In this document: positions 28,207 to 38,069 of the stretch, in pieces
How positions within the stretch are numbered: position 1 is the first letter of the stretch
Layout of the letters: every line of letters starts with the position of its first letter
Assembly: GCA_020429915.1 (NCBI GenBank)
Contig: JAGQKV010000020.1
Span: forward strand, 1,673-65,672
Reading direction: 5' to 3'
DNA length: 64,000 nucleotides
Source: Candidatus Omnitrophota bacterium
Lineage (GTDB): Bacteria; Omnitrophota; Gorgyraeia; Zapsychrales; Zapsychraceae
Notes under the pieces: generated by a model
Told to the model about the DNA's origin: nothing
Database searches by the model: none
What the model saw: only the letters and a program-made list of their open reading frames with translations
Made by a program: the position numbers and the translations under genes

Positions 28207-29156
28207 AGTTTGCCCATTGGCTGACGTACGGCGTCCTGCCGCTTTCGGACGGCTCACGGTTGTCGGCGGCGGTGGAATTCTTTATTTATGATTCTCTCAA
28301 GATTCTGTTGCTGTTGTTCGGCCTGATTTTCGTGATCGGCGTGGTGCGTACCTACCTGCCGCAGGAGCGGATCAAGGCCTGGATGAGCCGTAAGGGAATA
28401 TCCGGCAACCTTTTTGCCGCCTTCTTCGGGGCGGTGACGCCGTTCTGTTCATGTTCTTCTATCCCGTTGTTCCTCGGCTTTCTGGAAGCGGGTGTTCCGT
28501 TGGGCGTGACGTTTTCTTTTTTGATCACCTCACCGCTGATCAACGAGTACCTGGTCGTCCTGATGCTGGGATTCTTCGGCTGGAAGATTACGGTGTTGTA
28601 CGTACTCAGCGGTTTGCTGATCGGAACGGCGGCCGGCGCTGTCCTGGGAAAGATGAATCTGGAACAGCATCTGGTCCCGGACATGGCCGCGCGGCAGGAC
28701 GGCGCCGGGACGGAGCAAGAGGTAGCCGGTTTCGGGTCCCGGATTGCCTTCGGCTGGAGGGAGGCGGTGGACATCACCCGCAAGATCTGGATATGGGTGT
28801 TGGTCGGGGTGGCCATCGGCGCGGGGATCCATAATTTTGTCCCGCAGGAATGGATTCAGGGCGTGATCGCCCGGACCGGTGTGTTCGGTGTGCCGATCGC
28901 GACGGTACTGGGCATGCCGATGTACGGCAGCTGTGCGGCGATCGTGCCGATTGCCGTGGTCCTGTTTCAGAAAGGTATTCCGCTGGGGACCGCGCTGGCC
29001 TTTATGATGGCCATCGCCGCGCTGAGTTTACCGGAGGCCATCATGCTGCGCCGCGCCATGAAGCTCCATTTGATCATCGCCTTCTTCGGCATCACTACGA
29101 TGGGGATTATTCTGACGGGATATATTTTCAATCTGCTGCAGGCGGCAGGGATATAA
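28197..29156 (+). CDS. arsP: ArsP-type (DUF318) permease
   Basis: [13 protein letters not shown] motif (TMCSC-like) in TM region. Duplicated 4-TM halves. Confidence 0.65.
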   Translation: MLLKFAHWLTYGVLPLSDGSRLSAAVEFFIYDSLKILLLLFGLIFVIGVVRTYLPQERIKAWMSRKGISGNLFAAFFGAVTPFCSCSSIPLFLGFLEAGVPLGVTFSFLITSPLINEYLVVLMLGFFGWKITVLYVLSGLLIGTAAGAVLGKMNLEQHLVPDMAARQDGAGTEQEVAGFGSRIAFGWREAVDITRKIWIWVLVGVAIGAGIHNFVPQEWIQGVIARTGVFGVPIATVLGMPMYGSCAAIVPIAVVLFQKGIPLGTALAFMMAIAALSLPEAIMLRRAMKLHLIIAFFGITTMGIILTGYIFNLLQAAGI

Positions 29157-29174
29157 TCAGGCGCCCGCCAAAAG

Positions 29175-29241
29175 ATAGGGACAGACTCCAATTTGTTTAC
29201 CGAGGCGAAACTTATAAATTGGAGTCTGTCCCTATTTTTAT
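29175..29241. terminator. Bidirectional terminator, 19-bp stem ATAGGGACAGACTCCAATT / AATTGGAGTCTGTCCCTAT
   Basis: Perfect long inverted repeat between convergent arsP and the GT-C gene. Flanked by A/T tracts. Confidence 0.6.
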
Positions 29242-29248
29242 AGCTTCG

Positions 29249-30877
29249 CTAGTTGTTGGTTTCGCCCGGCGGTAATCTTCGCAGAATTTTCATCCCGTGG
29301 TTGAAATTCCAACCGGCTTCCGCCTCCCACGCCCCGAAGGTCGCTTCCGTTTGAAAATGATCATTGATGTACTTGGACATCTCGATGAGGTGTGTCGTGC
29401 CGAGTTCACCCAGGCGGGTTTCGGAGGTGAAGCGGTAGCGGTTGGAGAGCAGGACGTACTTGATGGACGGGTCCTTAAGAGCCCGGATAATTTCCTGCTC
29501 CTGCTCGTCGGTAATCCCGGCGCCTTTGACGAACATCATGTGCCATGACGGCGACTTGCGGTCCGCGAGAAAATAGTACAGCGGCTCGTAGGGCACGGCA
29601 AAAAAGGTCTCGCCGTCGGCCAGATTCTCACGCAAATACGATGACACCTGCTCCACCGTACGGATCCACGGCTGGCGGTTGCCGAGATAGACCGTGGCCT
29701 TGGGCTCGTGCAGAAGCTGTTCGCTCACTTTGTATTGATGATTGATCCGGTTGTAGTAACGGAACAGGTCCCACAGCACCACCGCCAGCACGCCGAGGAT
29801 CAGGGTCTCCCGCAGGAGCGGTCGGATATTCTTGGTGCCGAAGTGGAGGGTCAGTCCGAAGAAGATCATTTGAAATGGGATCGTCCACACCGCCCGGTAG
29901 ACGTGGGCGCCCATCAGGAATTCATGCGCCACGAGCAAGGTGAGGAAGGCCGTGACCGCGATGCAAAAGTGCAGCGCGTCCTGCCGGGTCTTGTCGGGCC
30001 GCGTGCGGAAGAACAGAAACAGCGTGCGGCCTGTCGTCACCAGTAGCAGCAACCCTAACAACGCGAAGGACCACGCCTGCGTCACCAGTCCCACCAGCCG
30101 CGACCAGTAAATCTTATATTTCAGGAACGGATCCGGATCGGAATCCGCCATGTAGATCTTGTTGAAGTACGGCATGCACTGTTGCACCTTGTACCAGGGC
30201 AGCGGACTGAGCATCCACACATAGATCAGCAAGGACACCCCCAATACGGCTATCGACCCGCCGAGATAGAGTTTGAGATTGCTCGGCGCGCCTTTGCGCG
30301 GCAGCAGCCGGTCGAGGGCGATGAGCGAGACGACGAATCCGAACAGCAGGGCGATCCCCATATTGATCCGCACCAGGCACAGGATAAACAGGCACAGGAA
30401 CCCGAACCATATCCAGCGCCGGCGGGGATCCTTGTAGTAATGGAATAACGCGAGCATCACGCCCATGAAACAGGTGATGCCCGCGGTGTGATTGTAGCTG
30501 TAAAAGAAATCGGGATAGTAGGCCCAGTAAAAGACGGTGACAGTGAGGCCCAATATTGGAGAAGAGATCCGGGTGACGGCCAGGAAACAGAACAGCCCGG
30601 CGAGGAAATTGAGCAAGGCCTTTCCGGCCAGGACGCTGCTCATGGTGGCGCCGAAGATCTTTATGAACGCGGCGAAGTAATACGGCGCGAACGGCCCGTA
30701 ACACCACCAGAAGTCGACATAAGGCTGCTCGCCCATGGCGGTGCGCTCGAAGGCGTACAGGTTGAAGCCCTGGTCACCCACGGCCAGGGCATTTTGAAAG
30801 TTGAGGAACGGCGCGTGATGGACGATCCCCAGCATGACCGTGAGGATCAGGAAGACCAAAAATTTGGACGTGTTCAC
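29249..30877 (-). CDS. GT-C-fold glycosyltransferase (ArnT/PMT-like), polytopic membrane protein with C-terminal periplasmic domain
   Basis: About 11 TM helices followed by a ~170-aa soluble domain. Confidence 0.5.
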   Translation of the reverse strand: MNTSKFLVFLILTVMLGIVHHAPFLNFQNALAVGDQGFNLYAFERTAMGEQPYVDFWWCYGPFAPYYFAAFIKIFGATMSSVLAGKALLNFLAGLFCFLAVTRISSPILGLTVTVFYWAYYPDFFYSYNHTAGITCFMGVMLALFHYYKDPRRRWIWFGFLCLFILCLVRINMGIALLFGFVVSLIALDRLLPRKGAPSNLKLYLGGSIAVLGVSLLIYVWMLSPLPWYKVQQCMPYFNKIYMADSDPDPFLKYKIYWSRLVGLVTQAWSFALLGLLLLVTTGRTLFLFFRTRPDKTRQDALHFCIAVTAFLTLLVAHEFLMGAHVYRAVWTIPFQMIFFGLTLHFGTKNIRPLLRETLILGVLAVVLWDLFRYYNRINHQYKVSEQLLHEPKATVYLGNRQPWIRTVEQVSSYLRENLADGETFFAVPYEPLYYFLADRKSPSWHMMFVKGAGITDEQEQEIIRALKDPSIKYVLLSNRYRFTSETRLGELGTTHLIEMSKYINDHFQTEATFGAWEAEAGWNFNHGMKILRRLPPGETNN

Positions 30878-31114
30878 GATGGCGGCCCGGGGTTCGCGTC
30901 GGGACGAAGGCGCGGTGATGTGTTGAGGGAATTTTCGCGAATCGGGGGTAGTATATCACCTTACCCAATCCGGTTCAACGACGACGCCGATAAAAAACAA
31001 TATCAATCTTTTCTGCCCCCCTTATTGGCGGTATAATCAAAATGCTTTGCCACTGGGAGACGGGTCCTGGACCGGAAGAGCGGCTCATTCAGTCCAACGA
31101 GTCAAGGAGAGTAT

Positions 31115-32062
31115 ATGCCGGACCTGCGCGCACAAGACGTTCTTTGGAAATCGAATCAACAGCTTGCCGCGCTGGAACGCAAACTCGTCCGCGGCATTCC
31201 TCCCCAACGCCGGCCGCTGGTCTTCATTTGCCTGTGCCCGCGCAGCGGTTCGACCGTCCTCAGTCAGGTTCTGGTCCGCACCGGCTGTTTCAACTACATC
31301 TCCAACACCCTGGCCCGCTTTTGGCACGCGCCGTATATCGGCGGGATTATCGAAAAGGAACTCGGCATCAAAGCGGACTATGCCGCGGTGTCGCTCAAGA
31401 GTGATTTCGGACTCACCGAACGGCCGGCCGCGCCGCACGAATTCGGTTATTTTTGGGAGCGCTGGTTTCCGAACACCCTGGCCACGGCGGCGAGTCCGGT
31501 GCAGCTGCGGCGGATCGACCGGCGGCTGCTGAAGGCTGAGGTCAACGCGCTGATGTCATTGTCGCCGCTGCCACTGTTCTTCAAGAGCGGCCTGGCCTGC
31601 ATGAATATCCGTTATCTTTCCGAACTCTTTCCGCGGGCACGCTTTGTGTTGATTAAACGGCGGCATCCTTATATCGCCCAATCCATCTATAAATGCCGGG
31701 TCAAACGTTTCGGCCGGCCCGATGAGTGGTGGTCCATCAAGCCGCGCAATTACCGCCGGCTGATGAAAATGGATTGTTACGGGCAGATCGCCGGTCAGAT
31801 CATCGAAACTTACCGCGAAATGGAGGAGGACCTCCAAGGCCTTCCGGCCCGCAAGGTTTTGCGTCTGGATTACGAAGACTTCTGCCGCGATCCACAGGCG
31901 CATGTCAAAAAGATATGCAAGCTGATCGATACGCCGCCGCGCAGGGGATGGCAGACCTATGTCCCGAAGCGGTTGACGATCAATAACCGGCGGACGCTGC
32001 CGGCGGCAGAGTTTCAACGTCTTAAGGATGCCCTGGAACAGTACACGGACGGCGCGGTCTGA
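31115..32062 (+). CDS. Sulfotransferase-family protein
   Basis: 5'-PSB-like loop CLCPRSGSTVLSQ. Downstream RFVLIKRRHP region resembling the 3'-PB motif. RBS AAGGAGAG. Confidence 0.65.
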   Translation: MPDLRAQDVLWKSNQQLAALERKLVRGIPPQRRPLVFICLCPRSGSTVLSQVLVRTGCFNYISNTLARFWHAPYIGGIIEKELGIKADYAAVSLKSDFGLTERPAAPHEFGYFWERWFPNTLATAASPVQLRRIDRRLLKAEVNALMSLSPLPLFFKSGLACMNIRYLSELFPRARFVLIKRRHPYIAQSIYKCRVKRFGRPDEWWSIKPRNYRRLMKMDCYGQIAGQIIETYREMEEDLQGLPARKVLRLDYEDFCRDPQAHVKKICKLIDTPPRRGWQTYVPKRLTINNRRTLPAAEFQRLKDALEQYTDGAV

Positions 32063-32071
32063 CGGAGTGTT

Positions 32072-32779
32072 ATGAAATCTTTGGCGGTTATCATCCAGGC
32101 TTACAATGAAGTGGAGTCCCTGCCGGACACGTTGCTGAAGGTGGTCACCGAGTGCGGCAAGCTGCCGTGCCTGTGGAAGATCATCATTGTCGATGACGGC
32201 AGTTCCGACGGCACCGGAGAGCGGGCCGATAAGCTCGCCCGGAATCATCCGGATGTCAGCGTGATCCATCATCCGACGAACATGGGGATGGGCGCGGCAT
32301 TGAAGAGCGGTTTTGAAGCGGCGGACGCGGACTATCTGACGTCCATTCCCGCCGACGGGCAGCTGGACCCGGCCGAGTTGAGGCATCTGCTGGAGGCGAT
32401 GCGGGAGGCGGATTTCGTCACGACCCGTCGCAAGCATCCGTACAAACAATGGTCGCGCCGGATGCTGACCCGCTGCCTGCAGGCCTTTATGGTGTGCTTG
32501 TTCGGTTTCGTTCCGCGCCAGGAAGCGGGCCGCATGTTCCGCCGGGAAATCCTGCAGCATCTGGAGTTGACCAGCACCTCAGCCGTGCTCAATCTGGAAC
32601 TGATCGTCAAGGCCCACCGATTGGGGTGCCGCTTCAAGGAGATCCCCATGGAGCTTCTTGAACGGGAGAAAGGGACATCGAAGATCGCCTCGGTCAAGGG
32701 CGTGTGGCGGATGATTCGCGAACTCGTTAAATTGCGTTTGTCGAAAAGTTACCGCTCCCTGAAACGCATTCGCTCATGA
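32072..32779 (+). CDS. GT2 polyprenyl-phosphate sugar transferase (DPM1/ArnC/GtrB-like)
   Basis: IQAYNEVESL...IIVDDGSSDGT...DADYLTSIPADGQ (DxD). Confidence 0.8.
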   Translation: MKSLAVIIQAYNEVESLPDTLLKVVTECGKLPCLWKIIIVDDGSSDGTGERADKLARNHPDVSVIHHPTNMGMGAALKSGFEAADADYLTSIPADGQLDPAELRHLLEAMREADFVTTRRKHPYKQWSRRMLTRCLQAFMVCLFGFVPRQEAGRMFRREILQHLELTSTSAVLNLELIVKAHRLGCRFKEIPMELLEREKGTSKIASVKGVWRMIRELVKLRLSKSYRSLKRIRS

Positions 32780-33747
32780 AGAAGATCATCATCAATATCC
32801 TGAAGCTGTGTTTCGGTCTGGGCATCATCGTTTATCTGTTGAGCCGGATCGACCGGCTGGCCTTGCTCGAGACGATCCGCGAGATGGATGTCCGCTATCT
32901 GTGGGGGGTGTTCGCGTTTTTCGTGTCGGTGATTTATCTCTCGACGCTGCGCTGGCATATCCTGCTTAAACGATTTTCCGACCGGGTGTCCTTCACGGAA
33001 TCCCTGAAGTGGACCTTTTTATCGCATTTTTTCAACACGTTCCTGCCCGGCAACGTGGTGGGCGACGTACTGCGCGGAGTGAAGATCAAAAACAAAGACA
33101 TCGGCTACTCCGAGGGTTTGGCTTCTTCGGTGCTGGACCGTGTTTGCGGGCTGATGACCTTCATGGGCATGGCGGTGTTCGGGATCATTGTCGGTTTCAA
33201 TGTGCTCGACAACCGGTTGATCCTCTACGTGGCCGCGGCGTTTATCGCGGCCGGATCGGCGGTGTTCTTTCTCGTCCAGCATGAAGAGTTGCTCGACCGG
33301 TTGCGGCCGTTCGCCAAACTGTACGCATTCGTGTCCGCGAAACTGGAGAAGTTCATTAAAAGCCTGCAGTACTATAAGCATGAAAAGAAGTTTTTTGTCG
33401 CGGCGATGTGGATCTCATTGGCTATGTCGGTCCTCAATTGCCTCGGTTTTTATCTGATCGCCACGGGGCTCGGCGGGAAGGTCCCGGCAATTTATTTTTT
33501 GTTATTTATCCCGATCGTAAATATCATCAGCCACGTCCCGGTCACCCATGCCGGGCTCGGGCTGCGTGAGGGGATATTTGTTTACATCTTTACGCAAATG
33601 GGACTGAGTGAGCCTGAGGCGTTGGGGACCTCGCTCATCTTCTACGCGTCGGTCCTGGTGATGGGCGCGGCGCAGGGCGTGGGTTACTACCTGATTCATC
33701 TCAGCGAGGAGGCCGGCATGGCCAAACACAGGATGAACGTTATATGA
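32776..33747 (+). CDS. Flippase-like membrane protein (UPF0104 / LPG-synthase TM-domain family)
   Basis: 8 TM helices. Conserved FLSHFFNTFLPGNVVGDVLR block. Confidence 0.6.
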   Translation: MKKIIINILKLCFGLGIIVYLLSRIDRLALLETIREMDVRYLWGVFAFFVSVIYLSTLRWHILLKRFSDRVSFTESLKWTFLSHFFNTFLPGNVVGDVLRGVKIKNKDIGYSEGLASSVLDRVCGLMTFMGMAVFGIIVGFNVLDNRLILYVAAAFIAAGSAVFFLVQHEELLDRLRPFAKLYAFVSAKLEKFIKSLQYYKHEKKFFVAAMWISLAMSVLNCLGFYLIATGLGGKVPAIYFLLFIPIVNIISHVPVTHAGLGLREGIFVYIFTQMGLSEPEALGTSLIFYASVLVMGAAQGVGYYLIHLSEEAGMAKHRMNVI

Positions 33748-34799
33748 TCGAACACGGACATTTTACCGGCAAGGCCAACGCAGCGGCGGGCAAGGTCTGG
33801 CAGTTCGGCGTCATCGGCTACGGTTACTGGGGCCCGAACGTGACCCGCAATCTGATCCTCATCAAGGAAACCGCGGTCAAGACGATCTGCGATCAGAACC
33901 CGGAGACCCTGCAGCGCGCCGCCGAGTTCTATCCGGCTGTCACATTGACCGAGAACGCCGAAGACATTTATCAGGATCCCGAGATCGACGTGGTGGCGGT
34001 GATCACGCCGGTGTCTACGCATTACGCCCTGGCCAAGCGCGCGCTGGAAAGCGGTAAGCATGTGTTTGTGGAGAAGCCCTTTACCTTCAACGTCAAGCAG
34101 GCCGAGGAACTGATCACGCTGGCCGAAGAGAAGGGCTTGACGATCATGGTCGACCACACCTTTCTGTTCACCGGCGCGGTGCGGCATATCAAGAAGGAAA
34201 TCGACGCCGGGAACATCGGGGAAGTCTATTATTACGACTCGACGCGGGTTAACCTCGGTTTGTTCCAACAGGACGTCAACGTGATCTGGGACCTGGCCCC
34301 GCATGACTTTTCCATCCTGGATTTTCTCGTCGGACGCAAACCGATCCGTTTGAGCGCCCTCGGCCTGGACCACTTCGGGCGCGGCATCGAGAACATCGCC
34401 TATGTCACGGTCTACTTTGAGGAAAACCTCATCGCGCACTTCAACTTCAATTGGTTGTCGCCCGTCAAGGTGCGCAACACGTTGATCGGCGGCAGTAAGA
34501 AGATGGTCGTGTGGGATGATATGCTGCGCGATGAAAAGATCAAGATATACGACAAGGGCGTCGATGTGGAGAGCCGTGAAGGCATCTACCGCTCCCTGAT
34601 CGATTACCGTTTGGGCGATATGTACTCGCCGCGCATCAACCCGGCGGAGGCCCTTAAGCAGGAACTGATTTACCTGGTGGAATGTCTCCAGCAGGGCACA
34701 ACTCCCATTAACGACGGACACGCGGGGCTGCGGATTGTGCGCATGCTTGAGGCGGCCGATTCCTCGCTGAAGCGGGGAGGAAAGGTCATCGAACTCTGA
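33744..34799 (+). CDS. Gfo/Idh/MocA-family sugar-nucleotide oxidoreductase (WbpB-like)
   Basis: N-terminal Rossmann FGVIGYGYWGPN. EKP motif FVEKPF. Confidence 0.8.
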   Translation: MIEHGHFTGKANAAAGKVWQFGVIGYGYWGPNVTRNLILIKETAVKTICDQNPETLQRAAEFYPAVTLTENAEDIYQDPEIDVVAVITPVSTHYALAKRALESGKHVFVEKPFTFNVKQAEELITLAEEKGLTIMVDHTFLFTGAVRHIKKEIDAGNIGEVYYYDSTRVNLGLFQQDVNVIWDLAPHDFSILDFLVGRKPIRLSALGLDHFGRGIENIAYVTVYFEENLIAHFNFNWLSPVKVRNTLIGGSKKMVVWDDMLRDEKIKIYDKGVDVESREGIYRSLIDYRLGDMYSPRINPAEALKQELIYLVECLQQGTTPINDGHAGLRIVRMLEAADSSLKRGGKVIEL

Positions 34800-34801
34800 T
34801 C

Positions 34802-35782
34802 ATGGACATAACCAACAGCCGAATCATGATTACGGGAGGGGCCGGCTTCGTCGGGTCTTTTCTGGTCGAGCAACTCCTTAAAGAAGGCGTCGCCAAAATT
34901 GTCATCCTGGATAATTTCATCCGCGGATCGGAAAGCAATATCCGGGATGCCCTGGACACCGGCAAGGTGCATCTGATCAAAGGCGACATCCGCAATCTGC
35001 CGTTGATCATCGAGGCCTTCAGCGAGATCGACTACTGTTTTCACTTGGCCGCGCTACGCATCACGCATTGCGCCGCCGAACCCCGCGAAGCCCTTTCAAT
35101 TATGTACGACGGCACCTTCAACGTCCTTGAGGCCTGTGTCGATCACAAGATCAAGAAAGTGGTGTTTTCCTCGTCGGCGTCCGTCTACGGGCAGGCCGAT
35201 GTCTTTCCCACGCCGGAGACACAGCATCCCTATAATAATTACACATTGTACGGCGCCGCCAAGATGGCCAATGAGTTGATGCTGCGTTCGTTTTATCAGA
35301 TGTACGGTCTGGACTTCGTGGCCCTGCGTTACTTCAATATCTACGGCCCGCGCATGGACACGCACGGCAAATACACCGAAGTGCTGGTGCGCTGGTACCG
35401 TTTGATCAAGGAAGGCAAGGCTCCGCTGATTTACGGTGACGGCAAGCAGACCATGGACTTTGTCTATGTGGGCGATATCGCCCGCGCCAATATCGCGGCG
35501 TTGAAGTCCGCCGAGACCAACGTCGCTTTTAACATCGCGCGCAGCGAGGAGACGTCACTGGAGGAATTGTGCTACGCGATGATCGAAGCGATGGGCGCCG
35601 ACGTCAAACCGGAGTTCGTCCCGCTGCCCGAGGATCGCGGCAAAGTGGAAGTCATGCGCCGGCTGGCCGATGTGTCGCAGGCGCGCGAAAAGCTCGGGTT
35701 CGAAGCGCGCATTTCCCTGAAGGAAGGATTGAAGAGTCTGGTGAAGTGGCTGGATGAACAACCGGAGCCGGAGAAGCCATGA
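34802..35782 (+). CDS. NAD-dependent sugar epimerase/dehydratase (SDR, UDP-glucose 4-epimerase-like)
   Basis: TGGAGFVGS. Catalytic YxxxK (YGAAK). Confidence 0.8.
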   Translation: MDITNSRIMITGGAGFVGSFLVEQLLKEGVAKIVILDNFIRGSESNIRDALDTGKVHLIKGDIRNLPLIIEAFSEIDYCFHLAALRITHCAAEPREALSIMYDGTFNVLEACVDHKIKKVVFSSSASVYGQADVFPTPETQHPYNNYTLYGAAKMANELMLRSFYQMYGLDFVALRYFNIYGPRMDTHGKYTEVLVRWYRLIKEGKAPLIYGDGKQTMDFVYVGDIARANIAALKSAETNVAFNIARSEETSLEELCYAMIEAMGADVKPEFVPLPEDRGKVEVMRRLADVSQAREKLGFEARISLKEGLKSLVKWLDEQPEPEKP

Positions 35783-37020
35783 TCCCGGTAGCAAAACCTT
35801 ATCTTAATGATGATGAGGTCAAGGCGGTCAGCGAGGTGATCTCGTCGGGATGGGTCACCCAAGGCCCGAAGGTCGCTGAATTCGAAGAGGCGTTCGCGGC
35901 GTATACAGGCAGCCCGCATGCATGCGCGGTGGCCAACTGTACCGTTGCCCTGCAGCTGGCGATGCTGGTGATGGATGTGCGGCCGGGGGATGTGGTGATC
36001 ACGGTCAGTCACTCCTTTATTGCCACGGCCAACGCGGTGCGCATGTGTTCGGCGGAGCCGGTCTTCGTCGACATCGATCCGGACACCTTTAACATGTCGC
36101 CGGCAAAGCTCGAACACATGCTGGCGGAAGAGTGCGAGCAGCGGTCCGGCGGGCTTTATTACAAAAATGTGTTTGCCTTGTCATCCCCGGAGACGCCGTT
36201 CAATCATATCGAACAGCAGCTGGGCCGGGTCGGCGCGATTCTGGTGGTGCATCAGATGGGCTTGCCGTGCGATATGAGCGCGATCCTGCCGCTGGCCCAA
36301 AAATACGGGCTGCCGGTCATCGAAGATGCGGCCTGTGCCGTGGGTAGTGAGATTTCCCTCGACGGCGGCAAGAGTTTCGAACCGGTCGGCAAGCCGCACG
36401 GTGATATTGCGTGTTTTTCTTTCCATCCGCGCAAGGTCATGACCACAGGCGAAGGCGGGATGATCACTTGCCGTTCCGCTGACGTCGACGCGCGCCTGCG
36501 CCGCCTGCGTCACCAGGGCATGGATGTTTCCGATTTGCAGCGGCATGAATCCAAGAAGGTTTGTTTCGAGAGTTACAGTACTACCGCTTATAATTTTCGT
36601 ATGACCGACATGCAGGCCGCGATGGGCGTGGAGCAATTAAAGAAGCTGCCCCGCATGGTGGTCCGCCGCCGGGAGATTGTTGAGGAATACCGGCGCCGTC
36701 TCGCGGACCTGGAACACATTACCTGCGCCGCGGAGCCGGTATACGCCCGCAGCAATTGGCAAAGCTTCACCATCCGGGTGAACGAGTCGTCGCCGCGTTC
36801 GCGTGATGAGATCATGCAGCTGCTGATGGACTCGGATATCGCCACCCGCCGGGGAATCATGAACAGCCACCAGGAAGAGCCCTACCGCAACGAAATTTGG
36901 TCGCTGCCCGCCAGCGAGGCGGCGCGGGACAACTGCATTATCCTGCCGCTGTATTACAAGCTCACCGACCAGGGGCTGGACCTTATCGTGGAACGGCTCA
37001 AAGCGGCCTTCGACGGGTAA
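35779..37020 (+). CDS. DegT/DnrJ/EryC1/StrS-family PLP sugar aminotransferase
   Basis: 413 aa. Family signature FSFHPRKVMTTGEGG with the PLP lysine. Confidence 0.85.
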   Translation: MIPVAKPYLNDDEVKAVSEVISSGWVTQGPKVAEFEEAFAAYTGSPHACAVANCTVALQLAMLVMDVRPGDVVITVSHSFIATANAVRMCSAEPVFVDIDPDTFNMSPAKLEHMLAEECEQRSGGLYYKNVFALSSPETPFNHIEQQLGRVGAILVVHQMGLPCDMSAILPLAQKYGLPVIEDAACAVGSEISLDGGKSFEPVGKPHGDIACFSFHPRKVMTTGEGGMITCRSADVDARLRRLRHQGMDVSDLQRHESKKVCFESYSTTAYNFRMTDMQAAMGVEQLKKLPRMVVRRREIVEEYRRRLADLEHITCAAEPVYARSNWQSFTIRVNESSPRSRDEIMQLLMDSDIATRRGIMNSHQEEPYRNEIWSLPASEAARDNCIILPLYYKLTDQGLDLIVERLKAAFDG

Positions 37021-37025
37021 CAGGC

Positions 37026-38069
37026 ATGAATGACGACGTGTTACAAAGAAATATCCGGCAGACGGTCGCGTCATTGGGCCTTTCCCTGAAAGGCCGGACC
37101 GTATTGACCGAGGCCGCCAGCGGTCCGTACTGCGTCACACCGCTGATCGCCGCTATGGCCGGGGCTCACGTCATCGCTTTCGGCAAGTCCACGCGCCACG
37201 GCAGCGTGGAAGAAGTTTTTGCGCATTTGGAACAACGTCTGCGGGCCTGTGGTGTCGACGACTGCACGCTGACCGATTCCCTGACGCCGGAAGTCATCGG
37301 AGCCGCCGACATCATTACCAACTCCGGGCACCTGAGGCCGCTCGACGCGGACAAGCTCCGGCATACCAAGCCGGGCGCGGTGGTCTCCTTGATGTATGAG
37401 GCTTGGGAGCTGCGCGACAGCGATGTTGATATCAAGGCCTGTAAGAACCGGAAAATACCCGTCGGGGGATTGAACGAACGGCATCCGGCGGTCGGTGTCT
37501 TTGAATATCTCGGTGACATGGCAGCGGTCCTGATCGAACGCGGCGGTCTGACGGTCCGCGATGAAAAGATCGTCCTGCTGTGCAACAACGAATTCGGACC
37601 GTACATCGCCAAGACTCTGTGTGCCAAGGGTGTGCGGCTGGGCGTGATTGCCACCCAAACACATCGGGAACGTTATCCGGCCGACGCGGCATGGCTCAGT
37701 GATACGCCGGGACGGTTGAACGACCATGATTTTCGCGACGCGAGTGCGGTGGTATTTACCGCGTACCCGTTCGATCAGGTCTGGATCAGTCCGCACGGGC
37801 CGTATCCGGTGACGTTCTTTCAGGAACATTTTCCGCGGGCCGTGATTATGCGTTTCGCCGGCGACATCGACACGGCAGCCCTCGACACGGCCGGTATCCG
37901 ATATTTTCCTCAAGACGTTACCTCCGGGCATATGGGTGTGCTTCCGTCGGACGTAGGATATGAGCCGGTGATCCGTTTGCAGGCCGGCGGATTGCGCGTG
38001 GGGCAGGCGATGCTTGAAGACAGTTTTGACGTCAACGGTCAGTCTATCGGGGGGATCATCACAACATGA
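37026..38069 (+). CDS. Hypothetical two-domain (Rossmann-like) protein in glycan operon
   Basis: Start MNDDVLQRN. The ORF-track N-terminal extension overlaps degT and was rejected. Confidence 0.45.
   Translation: MNDDVLQRNIRQTVASLGLSLKGRTVLTEAASGPYCVTPLIAAMAGAHVIAFGKSTRHGSVEEVFAHLEQRLRACGVDDCTLTDSLTPEVIGAADIITNSGHLRPLDADKLRHTKPGAVVSLMYEAWELRDSDVDIKACKNRKIPVGGLNERHPAVGVFEYLGDMAAVLIERGGLTVRDEKIVLLCNNEFGPYIAKTLCAKGVRLGVIATQTHRERYPADAAWLSDTPGRLNDHDFRDASAVVFTAYPFDQVWISPHGPYPVTFFQEHFPRAVIMRFAGDIDTAALDTAGIRYFPQDVTSGHMGVLPSDVGYEPVIRLQAGGLRVGQAMLEDSFDVNGQSIGGIITT

Noticed and set aside
36897-37025. N-terminal extension of the 37026 gene overlapping degT by 124 nt
   Set aside because: An internal ATG at 37026 follows the degT stop directly. 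The extension is Arg/Gly-rich antisense-like sequence.
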